Shown piece by piece: positions 8,222 through 16,422 of a stretch of 20,000 bases of DNA. The DNA is from an uncultured virus (IMG/VR IMGVR_UViG_3300008255_000127) (taxonomy: Duplodnaviria > Heunggongvirae > Uroviricota > Caudoviricetes), in IMG/VR virus record IMGVR_UViG_3300008255_000127; one strand, written 5' to 3'. The notes under the pieces are model-generated. The model was not told the origin of the DNA. It did not search any database and worked only from the letters and a program-made list of their open reading frames with translations. Made by a program: the position numbers and the translations under genes. Position 1 is the stretch's first letter; every line of letters starts with the position of its first letter.

Positions 8222-8325
8222 GGCTCACCTCCTTCCCGATCGGGCGGAGGCTTCGAAGCGGCGCACCGGGCTCGGCCTCCCCCGCGTTGGCTCCCCACGG
8301 GGCGCCGGACCCGGGCGCCGTCGGC

Positions 8326-8334
8326 ATCGTAGCA
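8326..8334 (-). promoter_or_regulatory. Putative extended -10 promoter for the 8221 gene
   Basis: The minus strand reads TG-C-TACGAT in the 8222-8343 intergenic gap; no clear -35. Confidence 0.35.
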
Positions 8335-8343
8335 GGGCGGTGC

Positions 8344-9972
8344 TCAGGCCGCATCGATCTCGCCCTCCGCCTCGTCCTGCTCGACCTTCGTCAGCGTCGC
8401 GCGGGTCAGCACCGTCTTCTTGCAGCCCTTGTACTCGTCGAGCTTCTTGATGGTGCCGACCACCTCGACCCGGTCGCCCATCTCGATCTCGTGCTCGCCG
8501 CTGGCGAACCAGCTCAGGCGGGCGCCGTCGTCGCGGGCCATCTTGATCATCGTGGTCATCCCGAAGTCGCCGTCCCAGGTGCGGACCGCGATCACCGTCG
8601 CCTCGAAGCCGGGCAGCAGGCTCGCGCCCTTCTTCTTCGCCGAGGCGGTCAGCTTCTTGCGCCCGATCTGGTCGCCGGGCTGGCCGATCCAGACCGAGGT
8701 CTTGGCGAGGCGCTCGCGCTCGCGCCGGGCGATCTCCTTCTCGATCACCCGGGCGTGCGCCGCGATGACGCTCGCCGCGATCCCCAGGGTCCGGGGCGTC
8801 GCGTAGCTCAGCGTGCAGGCGACCCGCAGGTTGCTCAGGTACTCGCTGGGGGCGTCGGCCGGGATCTCCCGCGCCCAGGCGATCGCCGCGCGCGCCGTCT
8901 CGAGGTCGGCCTCGGGCACCCCGCTCTTGAGCGCCTCGTAGACCTCGGGGTACTCGCGGCGCAGGGCCTCGTGCGTCTTGGGATTCCATGCGAACATGAT
9001 CGCCTGCAGGATGTCGGCGGTCGCCGGCGGCCCACCGTCGCCGTACTCGTAGTCGCGGCGCGCCTGGGTCCGGCTCGTCCAGCCGACCGTCCGCACCGCC
9101 GTCGCCGTCGCGCCGACCATCTGCTCGAGGTCCCAGGCGACCTCGCGCCGGCCCCCTCCCCAGCTCTCCGGCTCCTCCTCGAGGTCGCTCAGGTCGAGCG
9201 CGCCCATCTTCCATCTCAGGCTGGCCAGCCGGTCGCAGCCGAGGAAGTCGGTGATGCAGGTGCTGCCGACCTGCAGGATGCCGCCGTCCTCGTGCCGGAC
9301 GAGGTAGGTGTCGTTGCGCTGCCGGATCGTGTTGCAGTGGTCGCAGCGGGTCGCGCCGGTCTGCCGGAAGTCGATCAGCTCGCCGGGCTCGAGCTTCGCG
9401 CCGGGCACCGTCCGCAGGATGTTGCCGGCCTCGGTGTGCTGGATGGTCCCGAGGAAGTCCCAGCCGGGCAGCTTGACCACCGGCTCGGTGACCTCGATGA
9501 CCAGCCAGCGGTCGCGGACCAAGGTGCCGTCGATCAGCTTCGCCGGGCGCCGGGTCCCGTACTCGTCGGTCACGTAGACCTGCCGCAGCTCCTCGCTCAC
9601 CAGCTCGTAGGTCGGGGGCTCGAGCCCGAAGCCCTGGGCCTTCCGCCCGAGCTTCTCGATCCGCGTGTCCAGCTCCTCCTGGCGCTCGGCCGGGATGATG
9701 TAGGTGCGGATCTGCGGGGCGGGCTCGGCCAGGGCGAAGGCGCCCGGGCTCGTCTCGATCAGCCGGCCGGCGGCGACCAGCTCGGCGAGCGCGGTGGCGG
9801 CCCGGTCCTCGTCGGCCTGGGCCGGCCGGCCGAAGCCGTCGACCTCGGCGCCGAGCGCGTGGACCGCGAGGCCCGTCGCGGTGCGGGCTGCGTCGGCGAT
9901 CTCGTCGCGCGCGGCCTGCTCGAGGTAGTTGGTGATCCGCTTGCGGTCGGTGAGGTTGATCTCGGTGGCCAT
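8344..9972 (-). CDS. Conserved phage protein (542 aa) with Zn-binding motif and C-terminal OB-fold-like domain
   Basis: GAGGAG RBS before ATG 9972; CDHC...R...YLV...QVGSTC.DFLG and C-terminal WIGQPGD...VGTIKKLDEYKGCKKTVLTR. Confidence 0.8.
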   Translation of the reverse strand: MATEINLTDRKRITNYLEQAARDEIADAARTATGLAVHALGAEVDGFGRPAQADEDRAATALAELVAAGRLIETSPGAFALAEPAPQIRTYIIPAERQEELDTRIEKLGRKAQGFGLEPPTYELVSEELRQVYVTDEYGTRRPAKLIDGTLVRDRWLVIEVTEPVVKLPGWDFLGTIQHTEAGNILRTVPGAKLEPGELIDFRQTGATRCDHCNTIRQRNDTYLVRHEDGGILQVGSTCITDFLGCDRLASLRWKMGALDLSDLEEEPESWGGGRREVAWDLEQMVGATATAVRTVGWTSRTQARRDYEYGDGGPPATADILQAIMFAWNPKTHEALRREYPEVYEALKSGVPEADLETARAAIAWAREIPADAPSEYLSNLRVACTLSYATPRTLGIAASVIAAHARVIEKEIARRERERLAKTSVWIGQPGDQIGRKKLTASAKKKGASLLPGFEATVIAVRTWDGDFGMTTMIKMARDDGARLSWFASGEHEIEMGDRVEVVGTIKKLDEYKGCKKTVLTRATLTKVEQDEAEGEIDAA

Positions 9973-10030
9973 CGTCTTGCTCCTCGGGGCGCCTCGCCCG
10001 GCGGGGGTCATCCCCGCCCTTCTGAGCACC

Positions 10031-10060
10031 ACGTTACCGGACGCTGCGCCCGGCATCCAG
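10031..10060 (-). promoter_or_regulatory. Putative leftward promoter carrying a 20-bp box shared with 18965-18984
   Basis: Minus strand CTGGAT, 18-bp spacer, TAACGT; TTACCGGACGCTGCGCCCGG is 18/20 identical to 18965-18984. Confidence 0.55.
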
Positions 10061-10100
10061 TTGTTTCGACCACCATTCGGAACTTTGTTTGCTCCTGATG

Positions 10101-10361
10101 CTACTGGCCGAGCGAGCGCTGCAGCACCGACCGCATGGCGTTGTCGTTGAGCCCGGCGGCGAGCGTCCTCACCCCATCCCCCAGCCGGGTCCAGAACCGG
10201 CCGGCCCCCTTCGAGTACTCGAATCCGGCGACGGTGATCGCCGTCGCCGTCGCCAGCGGCGCTTCGCCGGCCCCCTCGATCACCAGCATGTCCCGCCCGG
10301 GGTCGAACCCCACCAGCCGGCCCCGGACCTCTCCGCCCGGAAGCATCGCCGTCGCCTCCAT
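10101..10361 (-). CDS. Hypothetical protein (86 aa)
   Basis: Start overlaps the exonuclease stop (GTGATG); GGAGG upstream. Confidence 0.65.
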   Translation of the reverse strand: MEATAMLPGGEVRGRLVGFDPGRDMLVIEGAGEAPLATATAITVAGFEYSKGAGRFWTRLGDGVRTLAAGLNDNAMRSVLQRSLGQ

Positions 10362-11059
10362 CACCGCATCCTCCTGTGCGTCGCGAGCCGAACACCGAAC
10401 CGCACCCATGCGGCCTCGAGCGCGGCCTCGTCCATCTCGAACACGTCCGCGGGCGCGTCCTCGTAGATCACCACGATCATCGCGCGCCGGCAGATCACCC
10501 CGTAGGTCTCCGCGAGGCCCACCCGGTAGGCGGCGGCCTGCAGCTCGTAGTCTCCGATCCACTCGCGGAGCTTCCGGCTCGCCGCGGTCTTCCAGTCGAC
10601 CAGGGCCAGCCCGTCGTCGTCCAGCCGGGCCAGCAGGTCGAGGGTGCCGGCGAAGCCGTGCTCGCGGCTGAAGACCGAAGCCTCGATGAGCATCGGCTCG
10701 GCGACGCGCTGCAGGAACGGCACCGCGCTGTGCCACCAGCCGTCCTCGCCGGCGACGTCGCCCACACGCGCCGGGTCCCACCAGGGGTCCTCGAGGGCCG
10801 CCTCGATCCGCTCGTGGACGTCTGTGCCCCTGTCCGCGGCCCGTGTGCGGAGGCGTCCCGCCGCGCCGCGGAGGGTCCGATCACCACGCCCACGAGCCCA
10901 GGCCCGGCCCCGCGACGCCATCGCAGCGCGCATGCGCTCGGTGGCCTTCGCCGGCCGGGTCCGGTCGAGGATCGTCGTGACGCTCGGCAGCTCGCCGGCG
11001 GGCGTCAGGTAGCTGCGCCCCGTCGTCCGGTCTCGCCGCTCGAGCTTCAGCGCCTTCAC
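10361..11059 (-). CDS. PD-(D/E)XK (Cas4-like) phage exonuclease
   Basis: YLTPAGELPSVTTIL, AADRGTDVHERIE, IE...FAGTLDLL...LVDWKT and YELQAAAY. Confidence 0.9.
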   Translation of the reverse strand: MKALKLERRDRTTGRSYLTPAGELPSVTTILDRTRPAKATERMRAAMASRGRAWARGRGDRTLRGAAGRLRTRAADRGTDVHERIEAALEDPWWDPARVGDVAGEDGWWHSAVPFLQRVAEPMLIEASVFSREHGFAGTLDLLARLDDDGLALVDWKTAASRKLREWIGDYELQAAAYRVGLAETYGVICRRAMIVVIYEDAPADVFEMDEAALEAAWVRFGVRLATHRRMR

Positions 11060-11571
11060 GAGATCCCCAGGGTCGCCTTGATGTGTGGGGCGCGCCGAGC
11101 CACCTCGAGGTCGTCCGGGTCGAGCTGCCTGTGCCAGGGCTGCCCGCCCGCGATGAGCATCCGGTAGGACTGGCCCACCCCATCGCCGGTGACCGGCTCC
11201 ATCCAGCAGTGCTCGCCGGCGGGGTCGTGGGTGTTGCCGAGCCGCTTCGCCGGCCGGGCAAGGTGGACGCCGTAGACCTCCGCGCCGCTCGCGCAGGCGA
11301 TCAGGCCGTAGCGCCGGGCGAAGGCCCGCAGCTTCTCCTCGGCCCGAGCCCGCACCTCCTTCGCCTCCTGCCAGCGCGAGACCTCCCGAGGCGCCCCAGC
11401 GACCTCGTCGTGGAAGGCCCGGAGCGCCTCGGCCCAGGCTTCGGGATCGTCGGCGAGCTGCTCGGGCTCGTCATCCCAGGGGTCCCCGTCGGCGTCGTCA
11501 GCCCAGGGGTCGTCGGCGTCGGGTAGATCTTCCCCCTCCGCCCAGGGGTCGTAGTCGCCCTGGTCGCTCAT
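11056..11571 (-). CDS. Hypothetical protein (171 aa) with acidic DPW-repeat N-terminus
   Basis: GAGGAGG RBS spacing favours ATG 11571; three DPW motifs in the first ~35 aa. Confidence 0.75.
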   Translation of the reverse strand: MSDQGDYDPWAEGEDLPDADDPWADDADGDPWDDEPEQLADDPEAWAEALRAFHDEVAGAPREVSRWQEAKEVRARAEEKLRAFARRYGLIACASGAEVYGVHLARPAKRLGNTHDPAGEHCWMEPVTGDGVGQSYRMLIAGGQPWHRQLDPDDLEVARRAPHIKATLGIS

Positions 11572-11604
11572 CGAGCGCATCCTCCTCGGGTTGGTTCAGC
11601 CGGC

Positions 11605-12066
11605 TCAGCCGGCAGCAGCGACCTCGGCCTCGACGCCGGCGGCGACCTCGGCCGCCTTCTCCTCCCGCGCCCAGCGCCGGAGCAGGTCCATGCAGTAGTC
11701 CTCGATGGCGATCCGCCAGACCTGGGAGAGGTGCATCGAGGCGCGGTCCGCATCGACCAGGGCGTCGAGCCCGGAGGTCCAGTCGTGGGGGTACTTGACC
11801 CACACCTTCCGGGTCTCGCCGGCGGCCTCGAGCAGCGCCTCGGCGCCGAGCTTCGACGCCATGTCGTCCCGGGTCTCGGAGAGCTTGATCCCAGCCCGCT
11901 CGGCGGCCCGGCGGATCGCGCGGCGCGCGACACCGTCGAGGGCCAGCGGCCCGACCTTCCCCTCGCGCTTGCCGAGCCCGATCGCGACCTGCGTCATCGG
12001 AACCGCCAGATCGGGGTCCATCCGAATCCCGTAGTCCTTGAACTGATCCCGCTTCCTACCGGCCAT
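11605..12066 (-). CDS. Putative transcriptional regulator with two ribbon-helix-helix-like domains (153 aa)
   Basis: GGAGGA RBS; two strand-helix-helix patterns: YGIRMDPDL...LDGVARRAIRR and VWVKYPHDW...LSQVWRIAIEDY. Confidence 0.65.
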   Translation of the reverse strand: MAGRKRDQFKDYGIRMDPDLAVPMTQVAIGLGKREGKVGPLALDGVARRAIRRAAERAGIKLSETRDDMASKLGAEALLEAAGETRKVWVKYPHDWTSGLDALVDADRASMHLSQVWRIAIEDYCMDLLRRWAREEKAAEVAAGVEAEVAAAG

Positions 12067-12092
12067 CGAATCCTCCTGGGGCTTTCCAGACC

Positions 12093-12121
12093 AGCATCCA
12101 CAATGCCGGACGCGCCGTCAA
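12093..12121 (-). promoter_or_regulatory. Putative leftward promoter for the RHH gene
   Basis: TTGACG (12121-12116), 17-bp spacer, GATGCT; the spacer contains GCGTCCGG. Confidence 0.5.
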
Positions 12122-12439
12122 GTAGAACCGATCCTGGCGTCGAGATCGGGAGAGGCCCCGGATCGTGTATATAGGTAGGCCAATGCGGTAGTTGCGCGAA
12201 ACTACTGGATAACTTCGTGCAAGAGTTGCCGACTTCCCCATCCGAACTGCCGGATCGTGCTCGATCGGCGGAAATGCGCGGAACCTTTCGGCTAACTCGT
12301 GATCCGGCTCCCTCGGACCGAATTGCCGACTTCCGCAACCCCGCGTCTTCACAAGGGATTCTTTGGGCGAGGTCGGGCTGCTTGATCGGGATCGATCCGG
12401 CGCCGGATCGCGGCCCGGATCGGGATGCCGGCCACGGCG
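12122..12439. other. Non-coding, lower-GC, GATC-rich region; candidate replication origin
   Basis: 11 GATC sites in 12130-12421; direct repeat TTGCCGACTTCC at 12226 and 12323; inverted repeat GTAGTT-N6-AACTAC (12188-12205); directly downstream of the primase-helicase gene. Confidence 0.45.
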
Positions 12440-15400
12440 TCAGACGCCCTCGGCGATCGGGGGAGGGGCCGGGGTCTCGGCGGGCTTCACGGCCGGGGCC
12501 ACCCGGTCGACGCCGGGGGAGGCGGGGTGGAAGCTCTCGAACCAATGCCGCGCGCCGTCGTTGGTCGGCGCCCACATGTAGGTCCGAACCGACCCCCCGG
12601 TCTCGAGCGGGATCTGGAACGTGTGCCTCGGCCAGCGACGCATCGATGCGACCTTCTTGATCTGCCGGCCGAGGGCCTGGGCCGAGACGGAGTCGAGGTC
12701 GAAGTCCTCCCAGGCGGTCCCCACCCGGTTGAGCCCGCGCACGACCTCCGTGCCGAGCACCCCCTCGACGTGCGCGACGAACAGCACCAGCTCGTGGAGG
12801 CGGCGGGTCTTCTCGTGGATCGCCGCGCCCTCCTTCAGCGTCTGGCGATCCCATCGGACGCCCGGCAGGAACGGCTCGCGCCGGCCGGCGAAGATGAGCA
12901 CCGCCCTGTCGTCGTCGCCGCGCCGGATGTGGCGCGCCCGGGCGATCGCCTGCCGGCAGGTCGCGGCGGTCCGCGCCGAGCTGATCTCGCCAGGGTCGAG
13001 CCCGAGCAGCATGGCGTCCTGCTCGATGTCTCCGAAGTTGCCGACGGGGTCGCCGATGACGATCAGCCCGTCCACCCGGCGGTAGGCATTGGTCCCGCGG
13101 TCGTGCCGGCCGAACCAGCCGATGGTCGGATCGCCGTGCTCGTTCTTGAACTCGAACCCGCGCTCCTCGAGCCGGCGCACCAGCTCGTGCGCGCGTTGCC
13201 CGGGCGGCGTCTGCAGCGTCCCCAGCAGCGCGTCGGCGATCGGCTTGTGGGTCAGCACCCCCAGCCGGGTCGGCGGCGACCCGGCGAACCTGGGGTGGTG
13301 CCGTCGCGTCCTCTCGGCGAGCGCCTCGAGCACCTTCTCGATCTTCGGCACCGCGTCCAGCCGGATGCCTCCGTCCGCACCGATGAGCCCGCGCCGGCTG
13401 AAGCTCGGGCTCTCCATGTGGACGGCGGTCGCCGGCCCGGAGCCCTGGACCTCGAGCGTGCGGATCACCACCTTGCGGTCGGGGTAGGCGGCCTTCCACT
13501 CGGCCAGCGTCTGGCTGCCCGTCGCGTCGAGGATGACGACCGGGCAGTTGGGCAGGCGCTGCACCCGGCGCACCTCGAGAGCCCAGGTCCCGTCGACGCC
13601 GAGGTGGATGCCGACCAGCGGCTTCGGCGGCGGGCGCACCGGCCTGCCGTCCGGCCCGATCACGACCAGCGCGTCGTCGTCCGCGGCGGCGTGCTCGCCT
13701 CGAATGCGGAGGTAGTAGTCCAGCAGATAGGTCATCGCGTTGAAGGCCGACATCGACGGCATGTACTTCTGCGCGTGCATCCCGCTGCGGATCTCGTCGG
13801 GGAACGGCACGGGCGGCTTCGCCGCGCCCTTCGCGAAGCCGTGCCGCATCAGCGGCAGGAGGTTCGGGTCCTGCTCGAGCGTCTGCGCCAGCTCCTCGCC
13901 GGTGATCCGCCGGCTGTAAGCGTCGATCGACCCGCTGGTGACCTGGGCCGCGTGCTGGTGCGCGATCGGCGAGATCAGCTTCGCGAGCGCCTGGGCCGCG
14001 TCGCCGGCGTCGGGGTTGTTGTGCCGGCGCCACTTCACCACGCGCGGGATCGACTTCGACGCGAAGAGGGTCCGCACCTCGGTGTCGATCACGGCCTCGG
14101 TCGAGATCACCCCGGGCGACTCGTCGATGACGACGAGGTCGGCCTTCATCTTCCCGACCAGCGCGTGCGCGACGAACGTCACCTCACCGCGGTAGGCGCG
14201 TGGCTCATCGGATCCGGGGCAGGCGTGGTAGTGCGGGCAGTCGTTCTCCTTCTTCGGGTCCCCGCAGACCCCGCGCCGACCGACGTGGGGGAAGGCGTCC
14301 TCGACGTTGGAGTTGTACTGGCAGTAGTGGAGCAGCCCGTAGATGTGCCGGACCCGGGCGCCGGGCGCGACGCGCTCCAGCTCCTCCATCTTCTCGTCGG
14401 CCTCCGCGTGGTTGCTCGCCGCGAAGACGACGGACCGCTCCGCCGGCGGCCACTTCGACTCGGGGTAGCCGCGCGGGCGCCGGCCGTTGACCGGGATGAA
14501 GCTCTGGCCGGTGACGATCTTGGCGGCCTCCTCGAGAGCGTTGCGGGTCTTCCCCACCCCCATCTCGACTTGGTAGACGACGAGCGTCTTCTTCCCGTCG
14601 ACCGCCTTCTGCGTCGCCTCCATCACCGCTCGTCGGAACCGCGCGCTCATCTCCCCCTGGCATCGGTCGAGGTGGACAGGGGCAGTGTACAGCACCGGGG
14701 CCGTGCGCAAGAGCGCGAGGGTCTGGCGCGTGCCGGCCTCGCGGAGCTTGTGCGCGAGGTCCATCTTGGCGGCCTCGCTCTCGCGCGGCAGCTTCAGGAG
14801 GTGGACGCCGGCGCGCCCACGGAGCAGGGCGGCGGCGGCGGCGAAGGCGTCGAGCCCCGGGTTGTAGCTCTCGCCCGTCGCCGTGTTCTCCCGGGCGCGG
14901 TCGAGGTCGGGCACGAAGACCACGCGCTCGGCGATCAGGTTCCGCCGGTTCAGCTCGTCGAGCAGGCGCTCGACCATGCGCTTCGCGGTCTGAGCGCTGA
15001 AGGCCCCGAGCACCACGCCGGGCTCCCCGCCGGCGAGCAGGAGCCCCGAGGCCGCGAGGTAGTCCGGCGCGCCCTCGACGATGTAGATCGTCTCGCCGCA
15101 ATCGACCGCCTCGATGGCAGCCGGCAGCGAGCCGTAGATCATCGTCGAGCCCCAGGTCTCGCTGCCTCCGGTCAGCCGGCTCGAGAGCGCCATCTTCGTG
15201 CGCTTGCCCTCGGGCGGCGCCTCGGGGCCGAGCCATATGCGCATGGCCGAGCGAACGATCCCCTGGTGGCACCGGATCGGGACCAGCAGGCGAAGGGCCT
15301 CGCGCTCGGCGTGCCGGGCGATCGTCTGCCCAGCCCGACCGCCCTGCTCCTCCCAGGGCATCGGGCAGATCACGTCGTCGAGGTAGCTGACCGCTCGCGC

Positions 15401-15844
15401 GACCTCCTCGGGCCAGCCCCGGGTCTCGCGCGCCCAGTGGTAGATGCGAGCCGCGCTGTCCTCGGTCGAGGACTCGAGCAGCTCCTGCCACCCTCGGCGC
15501 ACCGTCGCCTTCTCGGTGGGCTTGGGCTTCGGCGGCGGCTTCGGCCGCGCCTCGAACTTCCGGTGGGTCTCGAGGTCCAGCTCGCCGTAGTGGGCGGCGA
15601 GGGTCCTGGCGTTGCCGGTCGCCCCGCAGCTCGCCCGCCAGCATTTCCAGGGCTGGTTCTCCTCGTGGAGCGCGGCGTCTGCCGTCCGGCCCTTCCGCCG
15701 GCGGTCGCGATCGTCGTCGCCGCAGAACGGGCAGAAGAACCGGAGCCGATGCGCGAAGCGACGGGGCTTCAGCCCGTGCCGCTCGGCGATCGAGCGGATG
15801 TCGATGTCGTGGTAGCTGGGCTCCCCTACGCCAAACCACGCCAT
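12440..15844 (-). CDS. Zn-finger/TOPRIM primase fused to an SF2-like helicase (1134 aa), putative replication protein
   Basis: CPFCG...WKCWRASC; TOPRIM IYIVEGAPDYLA and VVFVPDLD; Walker A EMGVGKT; Walker B LVVIDESP; motif III-like ILDATG; RGTN; motif VI-like QAIARAR. Confidence 0.85.
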   Translation of the reverse strand: MAWFGVGEPSYHDIDIRSIAERHGLKPRRFAHRLRFFCPFCGDDDRDRRRKGRTADAALHEENQPWKCWRASCGATGNARTLAAHYGELDLETHRKFEARPKPPPKPKPTEKATVRRGWQELLESSTEDSAARIYHWARETRGWPEEVARAVSYLDDVICPMPWEEQGGRAGQTIARHAEREALRLLVPIRCHQGIVRSAMRIWLGPEAPPEGKRTKMALSSRLTGGSETWGSTMIYGSLPAAIEAVDCGETIYIVEGAPDYLAASGLLLAGGEPGVVLGAFSAQTAKRMVERLLDELNRRNLIAERVVFVPDLDRARENTATGESYNPGLDAFAAAAALLRGRAGVHLLKLPRESEAAKMDLAHKLREAGTRQTLALLRTAPVLYTAPVHLDRCQGEMSARFRRAVMEATQKAVDGKKTLVVYQVEMGVGKTRNALEEAAKIVTGQSFIPVNGRRPRGYPESKWPPAERSVVFAASNHAEADEKMEELERVAPGARVRHIYGLLHYCQYNSNVEDAFPHVGRRGVCGDPKKENDCPHYHACPGSDEPRAYRGEVTFVAHALVGKMKADLVVIDESPGVISTEAVIDTEVRTLFASKSIPRVVKWRRHNNPDAGDAAQALAKLISPIAHQHAAQVTSGSIDAYSRRITGEELAQTLEQDPNLLPLMRHGFAKGAAKPPVPFPDEIRSGMHAQKYMPSMSAFNAMTYLLDYYLRIRGEHAAADDDALVVIGPDGRPVRPPPKPLVGIHLGVDGTWALEVRRVQRLPNCPVVILDATGSQTLAEWKAAYPDRKVVIRTLEVQGSGPATAVHMESPSFSRRGLIGADGGIRLDAVPKIEKVLEALAERTRRHHPRFAGSPPTRLGVLTHKPIADALLGTLQTPPGQRAHELVRRLEERGFEFKNEHGDPTIGWFGRHDRGTNAYRRVDGLIVIGDPVGNFGDIEQDAMLLGLDPGEISSARTAATCRQAIARARHIRRGDDDRAVLIFAGRREPFLPGVRWDRQTLKEGAAIHEKTRRLHELVLFVAHVEGVLGTEVVRGLNRVGTAWEDFDLDSVSAQALGRQIKKVASMRRWPRHTFQIPLETGGSVRTYMWAPTNDGARHWFESFHPASPGVDRVAPAVKPAETPAPPPIAEGV

Positions 15845-15927
15845 CGGCTACGCCTCGAGCGCGGTTGACACGGGGGCCAAGGTCTGCAACATCGGGATCG
15901 GTCCTCGCTCGCTCCGCTGGGTCCACA

Positions 15928-15955
15928 GCGCCCTGCCGGCAGGCCGGCCGGGCGC
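15928..15955. terminator. GC-rich hairpin between hydrolase and primase genes (possible terminator)
   Basis: GCGCCC-T-GCCGG, loop CAGG, CCGGC-C-GGGCGC, followed on + by ACCTTT; weak U-tract. Confidence 0.35.
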
Positions 15956-15966
15956 ACCTTTCCGTC

Positions 15967-16422
15967 CTACCCATCTGCCCCGCGACGCTCAAGCCTTCCG
16001 TCTCGCAGCCTCCAGTAGACGTGCATGGTGCCCGCTCGGCGCAGGCGCTTCGTCCGGCCCACCTCGTCGTAGCGGCTGGGCCACAGGCGCATCGCCCGAC
16101 TCCAGCTCGCGCAGAACCAGAACACGTCGGGCTCGAGCCAGGGCGGCGGGTCGAGCAGCCGGAGCCGGGCGCGCAGCGCGATCATGTAGTGCATCGGTCG
16201 CATCCGAGCCCGCGGGCAGCCGCTGGCGAACTGCCCCGGCTGTGTGACCACCCCCGAGAGGGTCGGCCGGAACCCGGGCGCGTCGGCCCGGTTGACCACG
16301 ACGGCGGCGACCGCCTCGGCGTCGGGCCAGTTGTGGCTGGACTCGGCGCACAGCGTGTCGGCAACGACCGCAACCTCTCGAGCGTCAGGCAGGAGCGCCA
16401 GCAGCAGCAGAACGGTGACCAT
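15967..16422 (-). CDS. SleB-like (Hydrolase_2) cell-wall hydrolase (151 aa) with hydrophobic N-terminus
   Basis: GGAGG RBS before ATG 16422; TLCAES...AVAAVVVNR...FRPTLSGVVTQPGQF is the typical SleB pattern including the catalytic Glu. Confidence 0.85.
   Translation of the reverse strand: MVTVLLLLALLPDAREVAVVADTLCAESSHNWPDAEAVAAVVVNRADAPGFRPTLSGVVTQPGQFASGCPRARMRPMHYMIALRARLRLLDPPPWLEPDVFWFCASWSRAMRLWPSRYDEVGRTKRLRRAGTMHVYWRLRDGRLERRGADG

Noticed and set aside
10361..11059. Cas4 of a CRISPR system
   Set aside because: Lacks the four Fe-S cysteines and any cas context; it is an ordinary phage PD-(D/E)XK exonuclease.
11596..11613. 9-bp tandem duplication TCAGCCGGC at the RHH stop codon
   Set aside because: Too short, with nothing inserted between the copies; cannot be supported as a target-site duplication.
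11994..15992. Alternative-frame minus ORFs 11994..14033 and 14205..15992
   Set aside because: Arg/Gly/Pro-rich off-frame translations overlapping the primase-helicase.
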